Origin: a virus
Lineage: Duplodnaviria; Caudoviricetes
IMG/VR virus record: IMGVR_UViG_3300032462_002418
Span: 1 to 27,950 of that record
DNA: 27,950 nucleotides
Reading direction: 5' to 3' (one strand)
Below are positions 1 through 9,338 of this stretch, piece by piece; the stretch's first letter is position 1; every line of letters starts with the position of its first letter. Both the position numbers and the translations under genes were made by a program. Under the pieces are notes generated by a model. It did no database searches and was not told the origin of the DNA. It saw nothing but the letters and a program-made list of their open reading frames with translations.

Positions 1-3000
1 GCGTAGCACCGATAGTTTTTCGTCTAATATTTTTGGCGCTTCAAGTTGGGTAATCGCTTCTTGAAACATTTCAAGATTTTTGATAGCAATGTCGGTTTGT
101 ATGCCCTTCATTTGCGCCGCTGTAAGAGTGATGGCCATCCCCATTTTTTCTAAAACATCGGTAAAAGACATGCTTGCATCCATAAGATTGACATTCATCG
201 TCCGTGCAAGATTCTCAACTTCCATTTCTGATTTTCCAGAAATCCGCCCTAACTCTTTGACCCGTTTGCCGTAAGTCTCACTCAGCGCAGTGCCAACCTT
301 CATTCTTTCCCCTTGTTCTTTTACTAACTTTTCCAAAAACTGTTTTGGTGTTACTAGTGCAGATTTGGATTCTTCTTCCGTTAGTTTTGAGCCGTATTTA
401 GCTTGATTGTCTACAATGTCCTTAGCGGCCGCGCGCTGACGCCCTGCCTGAACCTCCCCAGAGCCTGTGGACACAAGTGCCGATGCCGCCAACTTGCTCA
501 AGACCTCTCCCTGCCCCAATATCTCAGGAAAGATATTTTTTATAGACGAATCGCCGACCCCTTTTTGATTTGCAATTGCTAAACCCGCTTTCGCAAAAGC
601 GCCCCTTTGTTGACTGGCGAGCATTGAAGATGCAGCGCCCTGTGCTGCTTTATTTTGTGCTTTTTGCTGGTTGATGTGGCCCATGATGCCGCCGCCAACA
701 AGCCCGATAAAGGCACCAACGGCAGTTCCGATACCCGGGGCAATCATGCTTCCGATTGCTGCACCAGCCGCCGCACCCATCCCCGCACCGCCCTTGGCAT
801 TTTTGGCATTAAGGGCAGCACCGCCAAAACCAATTGCAAGACCTAACAATGGATTAAACATTGCGATAGATGCACCGAGAGCCATGGCTCCCTGCGCGGA
901 TGGGTCCATTTTCTGAGAAAGCAACCCCATCCCTATTGATGCCCCCATGCCAGCACCCATTCCCCTGTTGGCCTTTTGGACCGCTTGCCCGGCACGGCTT
1001 TCTCGGATGCCACGCGCACCTGAACCTATTTTCTGAAGTCGCCTACCCATCAGAGTTTTGCGTTCTCGCGGACCAGTCTTCTCGGGGTCAGCACTATCGG
1101 GGGCCCACCAGTTGTTGTATGCACTGCCACCGTAAAACTTGTGCATTCTTGAGCCAAGCCTAGACTTTGGGTTGAATGTGCTTGAACCGGGACCAGTTGT
1201 CGCACCAACGCTAAGGGGCCATAGTCCCTTGGCGCCACCGCCCGTACCAAGATACTGCGAACTCCCCACTAGCCTTTTGCGATATTTATCTGCAGCCCAG
1301 TTTGTAAATCTTCCGCTGCTGGCCCCAGGACTACTTGGGCCAGACCCGAACCCTGTGGCACCATGCCTTTGAGATTCCCCGTATCTTCGTGCTATCCAAC
1401 TTTCTCGCCCGCGGATTATGCGCCCAGACGCAGTTACGGTTTTTCGCCCAGTTACCGGGTCAACGCGCTGGTCCGCAGGAACAAATACACCGGACCGAAA
1501 CCGTTGACCAGTTATATTTAATTGGCTTCGGTCAATTGGGCCCGTGCCGCGCCCAGTTTCGGAAAAACTTACCATCCGGCCCCCAACGCGCTGTTGGCTC
1601 AATGGTACCGCCGGTGCACGAACACGAGTACTCGGACCAGAACCGGGCCCTGCGCCCGGTCTGCCGTAACCCAGGGACGGAGTAGTTACATTGTTATTTG
1701 CTATTTGGTATCCAGGGTTTGATTTAAGGCCGTACGAGGCGACAGGTCTACCGTTGACGTTTACCACGCCTGCGGTTACATTCATATTGGCCGCCTGCCG
1801 AATTCCACTCTGGGATTGGCCAACCCACCCGCCAGCATTGTTTTTCATTTTTCTTGACATAGCAATAATTCCGGCTAATCCAGCGAACGAACCAATACCG
1901 CCCTCGCCCCCACCGGTCATGGCCTTCATCACCTTAGTGAAAATGCCTAGAAAGCTTGTGAATTTATCTACCATCAATGTGATGCCATCAACGATTTTTG
2001 TGATGAACGGCATTGCTTCTATGAACATCGCTCTAACGACACTTACGTAATTGCCGATTCTCGTTATCAATGTTCCGACCGCTGTTCCGAATTCAAGAAA
2101 GCTAGTTCGGTGCTTTATAAGTTCAGCGTTAAATGTTCCGAATTTTTCTTTTAGTTGTACCCATATTGGGCCGAGAATGTTTTTGAGCATATCTTCAATT
2201 ACCCCAGCGCCGTCAGTTAACGGTCTCAGGAAGTCAAGCATTCGGTTATAGCCCTCTGTGAACATTTTCCATTTGTCGGCCATTCTGGAAAACATGTCGA
2301 CCGAATCCGGTAGATAATCGCGGGTTAGGTGAATAATTAAATCTGAAACCTTTTGGGCCGCATCGGAAATCTTGTCAATAAACCCGCCCGTGCCAAAGGC
2401 CTCAATTTCGCCAAAAACCCTTTGAAATGTGGACTTAAAAATGCGCGAAACTTCCTCAAGTTCTTTTTTGACTGGTGCCAAAAATACCTGACCAAAATCT
2501 GCAAACTGATTTTTGAATCCAGTCATCGTTGCTTTAAACATGCTTATCAAGGTTGAGTTGACTGCCGCAAATTGCCCCTCAACGCCACCCATCTTTGCCA
2601 GTTCTCCGCTGGTAATGGCTTTAATTAAGTCGTCTTTGCTTTTTTTTCCGCCCCTAGTTTTGACTAATTTCTCGTATTCATCTAAAGCCTTTTTCATTTG
2701 TGGTCCAAGCTTTAGGGCCGATGCTTTAATTGAGTCGTATGAACCACCTACTTTTTGCAGTTCCCCAACAAGGTCGGCGGCTGCTTTTGTGCCCGTTTTC
2801 AGGTCTTGACCGGCGGATGCAAAATCCATCAACCCCTTGAGCATTGACGCACTTGAGGCATTAAATTTCCCAGTCTTATTAATAATTGCCCCATAAGCAG
2901 CGACGAGGTTATCCGTGCCGACAGCGGCCAATTCTGTATCATGAGTAAGCATCCGCATGTTTACTCTGGCCTGGTTTAGGGTGCTACCAAATTCTTTGCG

Positions 3001-3492
3001 ATTTGTTGTTGCAAATGCGTACATTGCTGCTTGCTGTTCGCGCATCGCTGCCGCCAGTGTGCCCGCGGCGATAGTCAGACCAGCCATTGCACCAGCGGTC
3101 ATTTTCATGGCACCGCGATAAAGCTTCATTATGCCCTGACCAATGGCAAAAAAGCCGTGAACCAACATCATTGCGGCACCCAACAGGACCATTTCGGCAA
3201 CGACGATTTTCAAGCTTCCCGTGACGAATTTCATCAAGCCCTTGCCCATCATTTGGACCATCTTGTCAAGACTGTCAAAATGTTTCTTCCATTTGCGGCT
3301 TGTATTTTTTAGGGTGTCAGCCGTTTTCCCATAATCCTGTATGGTCTTTTTCGCAGCGGCGGCATTATTGGCATTGCGTTTGCGAGACGTTCCTTCCGAC
3401 CTGGCAAGGCGCTCAAGTTTCCGGCGAGTTTTGTCAATGGCAGAATCATCAGACGATACTTCAATCTTGATTGTGACTTTTTCGTCAGCCAT
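1..3492 (-). CDS. Tail tape measure protein, 3' end beyond the left edge (>=1164 aa)
   Basis: ATG at 3492 reads MADEKVTIKIEVSSDDSAIDKTRRKLERL. No long minus ORF is listed here, consistent with a frame that stays open to the edge (spot-translated, not fully). Ala/Gly/Lys-rich helical sequence, with hydrophobic glycine-zipper stretches near 660-900. Lies directly downstream of tube and chaperone genes. Confidence 0.9.
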   Translation of the reverse strand, partial: MADEKVTIKIEVSSDDSAIDKTRRKLERLARSEGTSRKRNANNAAAAKKTIQDYGKTADTLKNTSRKWKKHFDSLDKMVQMMGKGLMKFVTGSLKIVVAEMVLLGAAMMLVHGFFAIGQGIMKLYRGAMKMTAGAMAGLTIAAGTLAAAMREQQAAMYAFATTNRKEFGSTLNQARVNMRMLTHDTELAAVGTDNLVAAYGAIINKTGKFNASSASMLKGLMDFASAGQDLKTGTKAAADLVGELQKVGGSYDSIKASALKLGPQMKKALDEYEKLVKTRGGKKSKDDLIKAITSGELAKMGGVEGQFAAVNSTLISMFKATMTGFKNQFADFGQVFLAPVKKELEEVSRIFKSTFQRVFGEIEAFGTGGFIDKISDAAQKVSDLIIHLTRDYLPDSVDMFSRMADKWKMFTEGYNRMLDFLRPLTDGAGVIEDMLKNILGPIWVQLKEKFGTFNAELIKHRTSFLEFGTAVGTLITRIGNYVSVVRAMFIEAMPFITKIVDGITLMVDKFTSFLGIFTKVMKAMTGGGEGGIGSFAGLAGIIAMSRKMKNNAGGWVGQSQSGIRQAANMNVTAGVVNVNGRPVASYGLKSNPGYQIANNNVTTPSLGYGRPGAGPGSGPSTRVRAPAVPLSQQRVGGRMVSFSETGRGTGPIDRSQLNITGQRFRSGVFVPADQRVDPVTGRKTVTASGRIIRGRESWIARRYGESQRHGATGFGSGPSSPGASSGRFTNWAADKYRKRLVGSSQYLGTGGGAKGLWPLSVGATTGPGSSTFNPKSRLGSRMHKFYGGSAYNNWWAPDSADPEKTGPRERKTLMGRRLQKIGSGARGIRESRAGQAVQKANRGMGAGMGASIGMGLLSQKMDPSAQGAMALGASIAMFNPLLGLAIGFGGAALNAKNAKGGAGMGAAAGAAIGSMIAPGIGTAVGAFIGLVGGGIMGHINQQKAQNKAAQGAASSMLASQQRGAFAKAGLAIANQKGVGDSSIKNIFPEILGQGEVLSKLAASALVSTGSGEVQAGRQRAAAKDIVDNQAKYGSKLTEEESKSALVTPKQFLEKLVKEQGERMKVGTALSETYGKRVKELGRISGKSEMEVENLARTMNVNLMDASMSFTDVLEKMGMAITLTAAQMKGIQTDIAIKNLEMFQEAITQLEAPKILDEKLSVLR

Positions 3493-3534
3493 TGGGTGCC
3501 CCAAGTAGTGGTAATAAGCCGACAGGACTAAATC

Positions 3535-3735
3535 TTAGGATTTGGCCCGCTTTGCTTCAGCTTCGCGGTCTTGTGATATAACTTTACCACATGCTAGGCG
3601 TATCAGCCATTCCTCATCAGTGCAATCAAGTAATCGGATTGGGTCGCAGCCGAATAGTTCTCCGAGCCGCGCCGCCGTGACGACGCGGGTGTCATCTACT
3701 AATTCGTCGTAGACCCCTTCGTAGGGTCCACGGCC
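3535..3735 (-). CDS. Tail assembly chaperone C-terminal extension (lambda gpGT-like), probably reached by -1 frameshift
   Basis: Open frame of 66 sense codons (..YEGVYDELVDDTRVVTAARLGELFGCDPIRLLDCTDEEWLIRLACGKVISQDREAEAKRAKS*) in the -1 frame relative to 3699..4244. It has no ATG/GTG/TTG and lies between chaperone and tape measure genes. Confidence 0.75.
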   Translation of the reverse strand, partial: GRGPYEGVYDELVDDTRVVTAARLGELFGCDPIRLLDCTDEEWLIRLACGKVISQDREAEAKRAKS

Positions 3736-4244
3736 TCAATTGTGTCCGAATACCCTGAGGCATCAAGAATTGCAACTGCGGCGGCCTCTACGTGTGGGTC
3801 GAGCCCGAAAAATGCTCGTACCGCTTCTGGGATTGGACGAACTTGGTCGGTCATGTGTAAAACCTCAGTTGAGGCGAAATTAAGTTCATAGCCATCGTTG
3901 TCAAGAACCTCATCATCATTGAAATGAATGCCCTGAGTCGTGTTGCCAACTACCCATGCCGCGAATTTCGTCGCATCCATCCCCGCGCGTGTCTCATCGC
4001 CGGCATTTTTGCGCCAGTGCTTCATTTGCTGCTGAGTGATATTTGGGCTGATGCGGAGTTTCACACCTGGTCGTTCTGGGACGTCAACGTAAACGTCTGG
4101 GCGAATAACTTTTGCCTGAATTGCGGCGGTCAATTTGCTCAATACCGTATTGCCGATATCCTTGCCGGATGTTTTCGCTTTAGCCGATACGGGCTTTTCA
4201 TCCTTTGTCGCTGGCGTGTCGTCTTCGTATAGTTCACTGACCAT
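3699..4244 (-). CDS. Tail assembly chaperone (gpG-like)
   Basis: Position between tube and tape measure genes. SD-like AAAGGA upstream. Ends ...VDPTKGSTTN and overlaps a -1 frame ORF. Confidence 0.75.
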   Translation of the reverse strand: MVSELYEDDTPATKDEKPVSAKAKTSGKDIGNTVLSKLTAAIQAKVIRPDVYVDVPERPGVKLRISPNITQQQMKHWRKNAGDETRAGMDATKFAAWVVGNTTQGIHFNDDEVLDNDGYELNFASTEVLHMTDQVRPIPEAVRAFFGLDPHVEAAAVAILDASGYSDTIEAVDPTKGSTTN

Positions 4245-4283
4245 ATGGGTGTGTCCTTTGTTGTAATTGGTTGGCTTGATGTA

Positions 4284-4320
4284 AACCTAGCACGGCAGAT
4301 GCGCGCAATATTGCAACTAA
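4284..4320 (-). promoter_or_regulatory. Putative promoter TTAGTTGC-N23-TAGGTT upstream of the chaperone gene
   Basis: Same box, 23-nt spacer and TANNNT -10 as at 6373-6407 and 18625-18661. Confidence 0.55.
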
Positions 4321-4354
4321 AGAAACGCCCAATTTCGCCCCAAGGGGCTATTTG

Positions 4355-4837
4355 TTAGACTTCTGCCGGGACGCTCACGTCGCTGACCGCAAAGGTCAGT
4401 GCAAAGGTTGCCGGGGCACCAGACGACGAGTCGCCGTCTGGCTCGGTAAGACCCACAAGGAGTGCATTTGTATAGACCCTATCGGTCCCCTTGACTTCAA
4501 TGTTGCAGTCATATGTTTTGATGTTTACATCGTAAAAAACTTGACCAATCAGGGGGCGCAGGGCACGAATGCTTCTTGCGATACCCGTTGCCGCTGCATC
4601 ATCGTCATAATGGGCCGTCAGCGTGATGTCACCAATTTCGGCTGGTGCGCACAATACGGTCGGGCGACTCGCGCCGCCTTCGTAGATTTTCTCCACGGAT
4701 GCCGTAATCTCCCCGCCCGAAACTTGGGCGAACCTGAATGAAGGGGGGAAGCTTGGTGCCGATGCGCCGGTCGTGACAGTGTTGCGGTTGCCCTTAACGA
4801 TTTCAGCCAGTACTTGTCTTTGTGCTACTTTTGCCAT
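4355..4837 (-). CDS. Tail tube protein
   Basis: 160 aa, beta-rich (FAQVSGGEI...GDITLTAHYD...DGDSSSGAPATFALTF). Immediately downstream of the sheath gene. SD GGAGG/AAGGA. Confidence 0.8.
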   Translation of the reverse strand: MAKVAQRQVLAEIVKGNRNTVTTGASAPSFPPSFRFAQVSGGEITASVEKIYEGGASRPTVLCAPAEIGDITLTAHYDDDAAATGIARSIRALRPLIGQVFYDVNIKTYDCNIEVKGTDRVYTNALLVGLTEPDGDSSSGAPATFALTFAVSDVSVPAEV

Positions 4838-4855
4838 TTCCTTATTCCTCCGTTA

Positions 4856-6316
4856 TTAAACGACTGATGTGGTCAGGTTTGATTTAATGATGTTGACTTC
4901 AATCTTGTCGCCGATGCTTGAAACCCTGACACCGATGCGGGCTTTTACTAGACCCGTAGCCAACTGGGCTACTGGGTTTAGCGAGTTGTCGCACTTAACC
5001 GTGTAGCCGTAGTCAAGTCTAACACCATTGGTGTTGAATGCTTCGTAAAGGGCTCCCTTAATTCTGAATCCCTCAAGCACCGCAATAAGGCGTGCCTCAA
5101 TATTGGCAAACGAATGGTTCCGACCATCAATGGTGTGGAACAAGATGTCCTCAAGGGTGCGATAGCCCTGCGTGACAACATCGTTGACGGTGTCCTGTGA
5201 TGTGATGAAGCGGTAATTTGAGTCATCGGTTGAAAGTGAACGAGCGCCATAAATACGCACCGTATTCGCAATTACCCGAATCGCATTTACACGCTCGTCA
5301 TCCAATAGGTCCCCGTTGGCTTTGCTCACATCGGTGACCACGCCGTTGACCCATTGAGCCACTGATGGTAAACCAGCGTATGGCTGGTGAGTACCGGTAG
5401 TGTTGACAACAGCAGAACGCTTTGCCGCAACATATCCATCTGGCGGAGTAAGATTGTTTACACCAGCGACTGCTGATGGTACATACACCCATGGGTAGTA
5501 CAGCGCGGCGTGTTCGGCATCATCAAGGGCGGACATTGTCTGACCGAGCGTCTTTGTTGTGGCAATGGAGTCAGATGAACCACCGTGCAAAATAGCGATG
5601 CGGTTGAAGTCATTTGCATGGTCAACAAGACCGGTATAAACGTCCGCGTGTGAAGATTCCGGACATGCAACAGCGCCCGTGCCGAATGAATCACTGAATA
5701 ATGCAAGACCGGTAACCAACTGGGCATTAGATGGAGTTGAACCAGCAGCCCCGGAGGCAAGAGAAGTAGCTTCGACGGCGGCGGCAATTGTATCAACGCC
5801 AACGCCACTAGATGCAATTACATACTTGCTCAAAGTGGCATCCGAATTAATTTTGCCGATTGCAATTAGGTTTGTTGCACAGTTGCCAGTATTACCAATT
5901 TTGGTACCATTGTACGTGAATGAAATATTAATGGTGCCACTTAGTGTTCCGGCCGTAACCGTAACTGCTAAATCGTCGCCCCAAACTCCATGACCGTTGG
6001 CGGTAATGATGATTGCGGTCGCAGGGGTGGCATTTTCAATATTGAGCGTTGACGACGCAGCGCTGGTGCCAGTTACTCGCGCAACGTAACACTGGGTGCC
6101 ACCTTCTTCAAAAAATGTCTCAACCGTCGGTTGCAGGTAGGCGGAGGATGAGTACGGACCGTAAAGAAGTGCGAACTCCTCAATGTTTTTGACGAGGGTT
6201 GCCGCCGCGGTTGGACCACGGTCTGCGATGCCGACAAAGAATGCCTGCGCGGCCTCAACTGTTGAGGGGGTGTTGGGACCTGTTCTTACTGCTGTGTTAA
6301 TGACTACGCCTGGCAT
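4856..6316 (-). CDS. Contractile tail sheath protein
   Basis: MPGV start, FVGIADRGP, FFEEGGTQCYVARV, ALYYPWV, PPDGYVAA, VNAIR..IYGARSL: typical sheath-family motifs. Confidence 0.93.
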   Translation of the reverse strand: MPGVVINTAVRTGPNTPSTVEAAQAFFVGIADRGPTAAATLVKNIEEFALLYGPYSSSAYLQPTVETFFEEGGTQCYVARVTGTSAASSTLNIENATPATAIIITANGHGVWGDDLAVTVTAGTLSGTINISFTYNGTKIGNTGNCATNLIAIGKINSDATLSKYVIASSGVGVDTIAAAVEATSLASGAAGSTPSNAQLVTGLALFSDSFGTGAVACPESSHADVYTGLVDHANDFNRIAILHGGSSDSIATTKTLGQTMSALDDAEHAALYYPWVYVPSAVAGVNNLTPPDGYVAAKRSAVVNTTGTHQPYAGLPSVAQWVNGVVTDVSKANGDLLDDERVNAIRVIANTVRIYGARSLSTDDSNYRFITSQDTVNDVVTQGYRTLEDILFHTIDGRNHSFANIEARLIAVLEGFRIKGALYEAFNTNGVRLDYGYTVKCDNSLNPVAQLATGLVKARIGVRVSSIGDKIEVNIIKSNLTTSVV

Positions 6317-6325
6317 GGCACCTCG

Positions 6326-6700
6326 CTAGTTTGTCGTCTTAGGTGACGAATTTTGTTCGTCGGTTTCATTAGATTGTACCCAATTTTTTGCTTCAGTTGA
6401 TGCAACTTCCACAACTTGCTCTGCGGGAACACTTTTCGCATATTTTTTTGATGGGGCGCTGGCCGCTTTTGGCACGTCCCCGTGAACCTTTATCGCGCCA
6501 GAAGCAATGGCCGCAATCATCTCCGGGGAACCAGAGCAGTAGTCCGCACTAATAATTGCCGAACTGCGTGGGGGGAAAACCACCCCGTTGTTCCCGATAT
6601 CAAACCTGTCCCCGGTGGTGTTACTGCATAGGCAAACAACATCTGGGGTATCTGGAATCTTTGCTCCCAGTTTAATTTCCTGAAATGTCTTGCAATTCAT
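6326..6700 (-). CDS. Hypothetical protein (124 aa)
   Basis: ATG at 6700 is preceded by AGGAG and preferred over the GTG at 6736. TACAAT -10-like hexamer at 6728-6733. Confidence 0.6.
   Translation of the reverse strand: MNCKTFQEIKLGAKIPDTPDVVCLCSNTTGDRFDIGNNGVVFPPRSSAIISADYCSGSPEMIAAIASGAIKVHGDVPKAASAPSKKYAKSVPAEQVVEVASTEAKNWVQSNETDEQNSSPKTTN
6373..6407 (-). promoter_or_regulatory. Putative promoter AGTTGC-N23-TACAAT for sheath/tube genes, inside the upstream CDS
   Basis: Same box and spacer as the other two copies. Near-consensus -10 about 57 nt upstream of the sheath ATG. Confidence 0.55.
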
Positions 6701-6744
6701 AAATCTCCTGTTACCAACAACTCCTATATTGTACACGCTTATTA

Positions 6745-7362
6745 TTAGGCATCTAACGAGAGGGCGGAATTCGGCCCGCCCGTCAGTTTTACCTTCATGT
6801 CAATTTCTTCTATCGTCCCAATCGTCCGTCGTCTGACTATTTCGTCAATTGTGAAATCGTAAGACAGGTAAGCGCCAGCCAGAACCCTGTCGCCCTTTAA
6901 TAGGGTTAGGTCAGAAAATTCCTCCCTCAATGAGTTTTCGTCCATTTTCGCCAACCATGACACCCTGTCGTCGGTTGACCTCATTGACGGATAGTCCAAA
7001 AGGGCGGTTCGGACTACGGTTGTTAGCCTGTCACGCATGATGGTAACCTCCTCGGAACCGTCCGCCCGAACCCAGACGTATGTCCGAAGAGAATAGGTGA
7101 CCCGATAGATGGGGTCGGTTGCATTGTAGTCAATTAGGTCAAACTTATTGGTTGAGATGGCTACGGTAATGATGGTTGGCCATGTATCAAGTGCAATTGG
7201 CTCGTAGGTAAGGTATTTGATTGGCGTCGGCAACTCCGTCCCATCCGCTTGCCACTCATTCTGGTAATCAATAATCCGCAACGGGATGTCGCTCTGAAGG
7301 TAGTCGCTGACATACGATTTAGCGAACTGTGGTCCGTGCATCAACTCCGTAATGGCGGCCAT
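6745..7362 (-). CDS. Putative tail terminator / tail completion protein
   Basis: 205 aa between virion morphogenesis and sheath genes. The call rests mainly on synteny. Confidence 0.5.
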   Translation of the reverse strand: MAAITELMHGPQFAKSYVSDYLQSDIPLRIIDYQNEWQADGTELPTPIKYLTYEPIALDTWPTIITVAISTNKFDLIDYNATDPIYRVTYSLRTYVWVRADGSEEVTIMRDRLTTVVRTALLDYPSMRSTDDRVSWLAKMDENSLREEFSDLTLLKGDRVLAGAYLSYDFTIDEIVRRRTIGTIEEIDMKVKLTGGPNSALSLDA

Positions 7363-7366
7363 AGTG

Positions 7367-7861
7367 CTAGATGTTGGTGTTCAGTAGGCTGGATGAATCA
7401 ATTAACCCATGCGCCTGGTACCGTGCCGCAGCTTTACCCATGCGACGGGCAAACATCGGCGGCTCAAACACGATTTTGCGCTTAGGCATCCGTGTTGTGC
7501 CGTATTGATGAAACTTTGCATACTCAAGGTCTGTTCCAAATTCCGCATACAACGGGGTAATAACATTTGGGTTGCCACGGAGACTGACCAGACTCCTGAA
7601 TAACCTCCCACTCCTGACCATCAGGGGTGCGCCGGGGCGCGTTAGACGTTTCCATGAAGAGTAATCCGCACTAAGAGCATTCCACCGCTTGCCGCTGGGC
7701 AACCCCCCCTGGGTGAAGTTGGCGGAATTCCATGCCTCCATAGCGATTCTGGCTTCTTCAAAAAGTGGCACGAAATCGCGCCCTCGACGCTTCATGTCGT
7801 GCATTCGTTGAATTGCCCGTTTGGCATCCACTGTTATTTTAATTTTTGTATAAGTTGCCAT
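7367..7861 (-). CDS. Phage virion morphogenesis protein (Mu gpG / P2 gpS-like neck protein)
   Basis: Basic protein with W..LS..Y, L.RSGRL..SL and GTDLEYAKFHQYGT..MPKR motifs. Confidence 0.8.
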   Translation of the reverse strand: MATYTKIKITVDAKRAIQRMHDMKRRGRDFVPLFEEARIAMEAWNSANFTQGGLPSGKRWNALSADYSSWKRLTRPGAPLMVRSGRLFRSLVSLRGNPNVITPLYAEFGTDLEYAKFHQYGTTRMPKRKIVFEPPMFARRMGKAAARYQAHGLIDSSSLLNTNI

Positions 7862-8524
7862 TTATATCCTATTGCGTCTAAATTTCTTTAGAGCCATTAA
7901 CTCCGACTCCATAAACCCTGTCGTCAATGGGGCCACATTGCGGGTTTCTAGGTCCTTCAGTCCAACGACATCATCATGCATATTTTGGATTTCTCGTGTC
8001 GCCGCCCGAAGAATCATTAATTTGAAAATTGGGATTGTGGTGCCATTAAGACCCGCCGTATAGACGATGGTCACTTTGTCGTCTGAAGATGCCCGGTATA
8101 CATCGACACCGAATTTGCGAACCACGTAGTCGGTTTCTTCAACCAATAGTGTCCCCGAGGTCGCCCTTAGCGCTTGATAGGTGACGCTGCTAACACTTAT
8201 AATAGGGGCATTCTCAACATACACGGTCATTGGCGGCTCTAACCATGTTGTCATACTGCCGCCGGCGTTCGTCCCATAGTTCGTCCCATAGAATGATGAC
8301 TCATTCCGACTTGAGTTTGTAAAAAACGATGACATCGGAATTCCCGTGAACTCAGAATTCAGCCTAATTACTTCGGTAAACTCGGTTAGTTCTACGGGTC
8401 TGCGTAGGTATGTCTCAAGTTCGCTCTGGAGCCCTGCGAGGACGAAGTCAACGGCATCCATCTGACGGTTCGTCAGACTGATGTCCATGTATGTTTTAAG
8501 TTCCGCTAGAGAGACTAATGCCAT
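7862..8524 (-). CDS. Head-tail connector/adaptor (HK97 gp6 / SPP1 gp15-like)
   Basis: N-terminal LVSLAELKTYMDI, LETYLRR, VTIVYTAG, C-terminal L.KFRR; first gene of the neck cluster. Confidence 0.7.
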   Translation of the reverse strand: MALVSLAELKTYMDISLTNRQMDAVDFVLAGLQSELETYLRRPVELTEFTEVIRLNSEFTGIPMSSFFTNSSRNESSFYGTNYGTNAGGSMTTWLEPPMTVYVENAPIISVSSVTYQALRATSGTLLVEETDYVVRKFGVDVYRASSDDKVTIVYTAGLNGTTIPIFKLMILRAATREIQNMHDDVVGLKDLETRNVAPLTTGFMESELMALKKFRRNRI

Positions 8525-8536
8525 GGTGTTGTTCCT

Positions 8537-8725
8537 TTACCCTGTTCCGCGCTGGACATCTCGTCGCCCGCGCCTAAAGTCACCCCTGCGAGAACGAGCC
8601 CTTGCTCGCGGTCTCCGGAAATCTCTAATTCCACCCCTAAGACCCTGTGTGAATAATTGCGCAGCGCGGCCAATGCGCTTCAGTAAACTTGTACCCTCTT
8701 CGCCACCAACTTCTGGGGTAGGCAT
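8537..8725 (-). CDS. Small Arg-rich basic protein (62 aa)
   Basis: ATG at 8725 lies 7 nt after GAGGAG and fills the intergenic gap. C-terminal half is RDFRRPRARARSRRGDFRRGRR. Confidence 0.65.
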   Translation of the reverse strand: MPTPEVGGEEGTSLLKRIGRAAQLFTQGLRGGIRDFRRPRARARSRRGDFRRGRRDVQRGTG

Positions 8726-8761
8726 AGACAAACTCCTCGGACCGTTATTATCGACAAGCCG

Positions 8762-8770
8762 ATTTTACCA
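8762..8770 (-). promoter_or_regulatory. Extended -10 promoter candidate TGGTAAAAT for the neck/tail operon
   Basis: TGn-TAAAAT in the intergenic gap, about 37 nt upstream of the ATG at 8725. Confidence 0.45.
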
Positions 8771-8792
8771 TTGATTCGCCAAACGAACCGTG

Positions 8793-9338
8793 TTATCGGT
8801 CATCGTTTGGTGGGCGCTCTATGACCACACTGCCCAATTCCGCAGCCGGAACCTCAATGGGGACCCATGCCCTTGAGTAGGTGTGTTGGTGGATTTTTCG
8901 CATCTTCACCAGTGTCCCCTCTAGCAGGAGTTCTAGTTCGTCATGTTTCATGCAAAATAGGCGGTCGAACTCGGCCGTTGATACCGCTTTTGAAAAAGAC
9001 AGCTTTCTGACAATCTGCGATAGCCGTTTTGCTACGATGCTGCCCCGCGCCCTATTCATCTGCACATGAAGAATCATCGCCTGTAGGGCTCCACAGTCAA
9101 TATACGTCACTGGTAAAACGCCATTAATCTTTTCTCTGATGTGATGATTCTGTGATGCCAGATAGAACCGTTGATGCCCGTCAATAATTTCCCCCGTCCC
9201 CCGGCGCACCAATAATGGAGACAAAATCCCGTTGTCGGCTATTGACACGGACAGAACAAGGAGGTCGGGTCTGAGGATATATGTGGCCGCCCACTCCGAT
9301 GGCTTAATATCTTCTATTTTTACCATTTCAACTTTCAT
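8793..9338 (-). CDS. ParB/Srx N-terminal domain protein (IbrB-like)
   Basis: SIADNGILSPLLV...IIDGHQRF...MNRARG; directly downstream of an IbrA-like gene, overlapping it. Confidence 0.85.
   Translation of the reverse strand: MKVEMVKIEDIKPSEWAATYILRPDLLVLSVSIADNGILSPLLVRRGTGEIIDGHQRFYLASQNHHIREKINGVLPVTYIDCGALQAMILHVQMNRARGSIVAKRLSQIVRKLSFSKAVSTAEFDRLFCMKHDELELLLEGTLVKMRKIHQHTYSRAWVPIEVPAAELGSVVIERPPNDDR

Noticed and set aside
80-3312. Short ORFs over the left end
   Set aside because: Shadows of the minus-strand tape measure gene.
4322-4352. GC-rich hairpin after the tube gene as a terminator
   Set aside because: Stem is only 4-5 bp and not directly followed by a U-tract; too weak to call.
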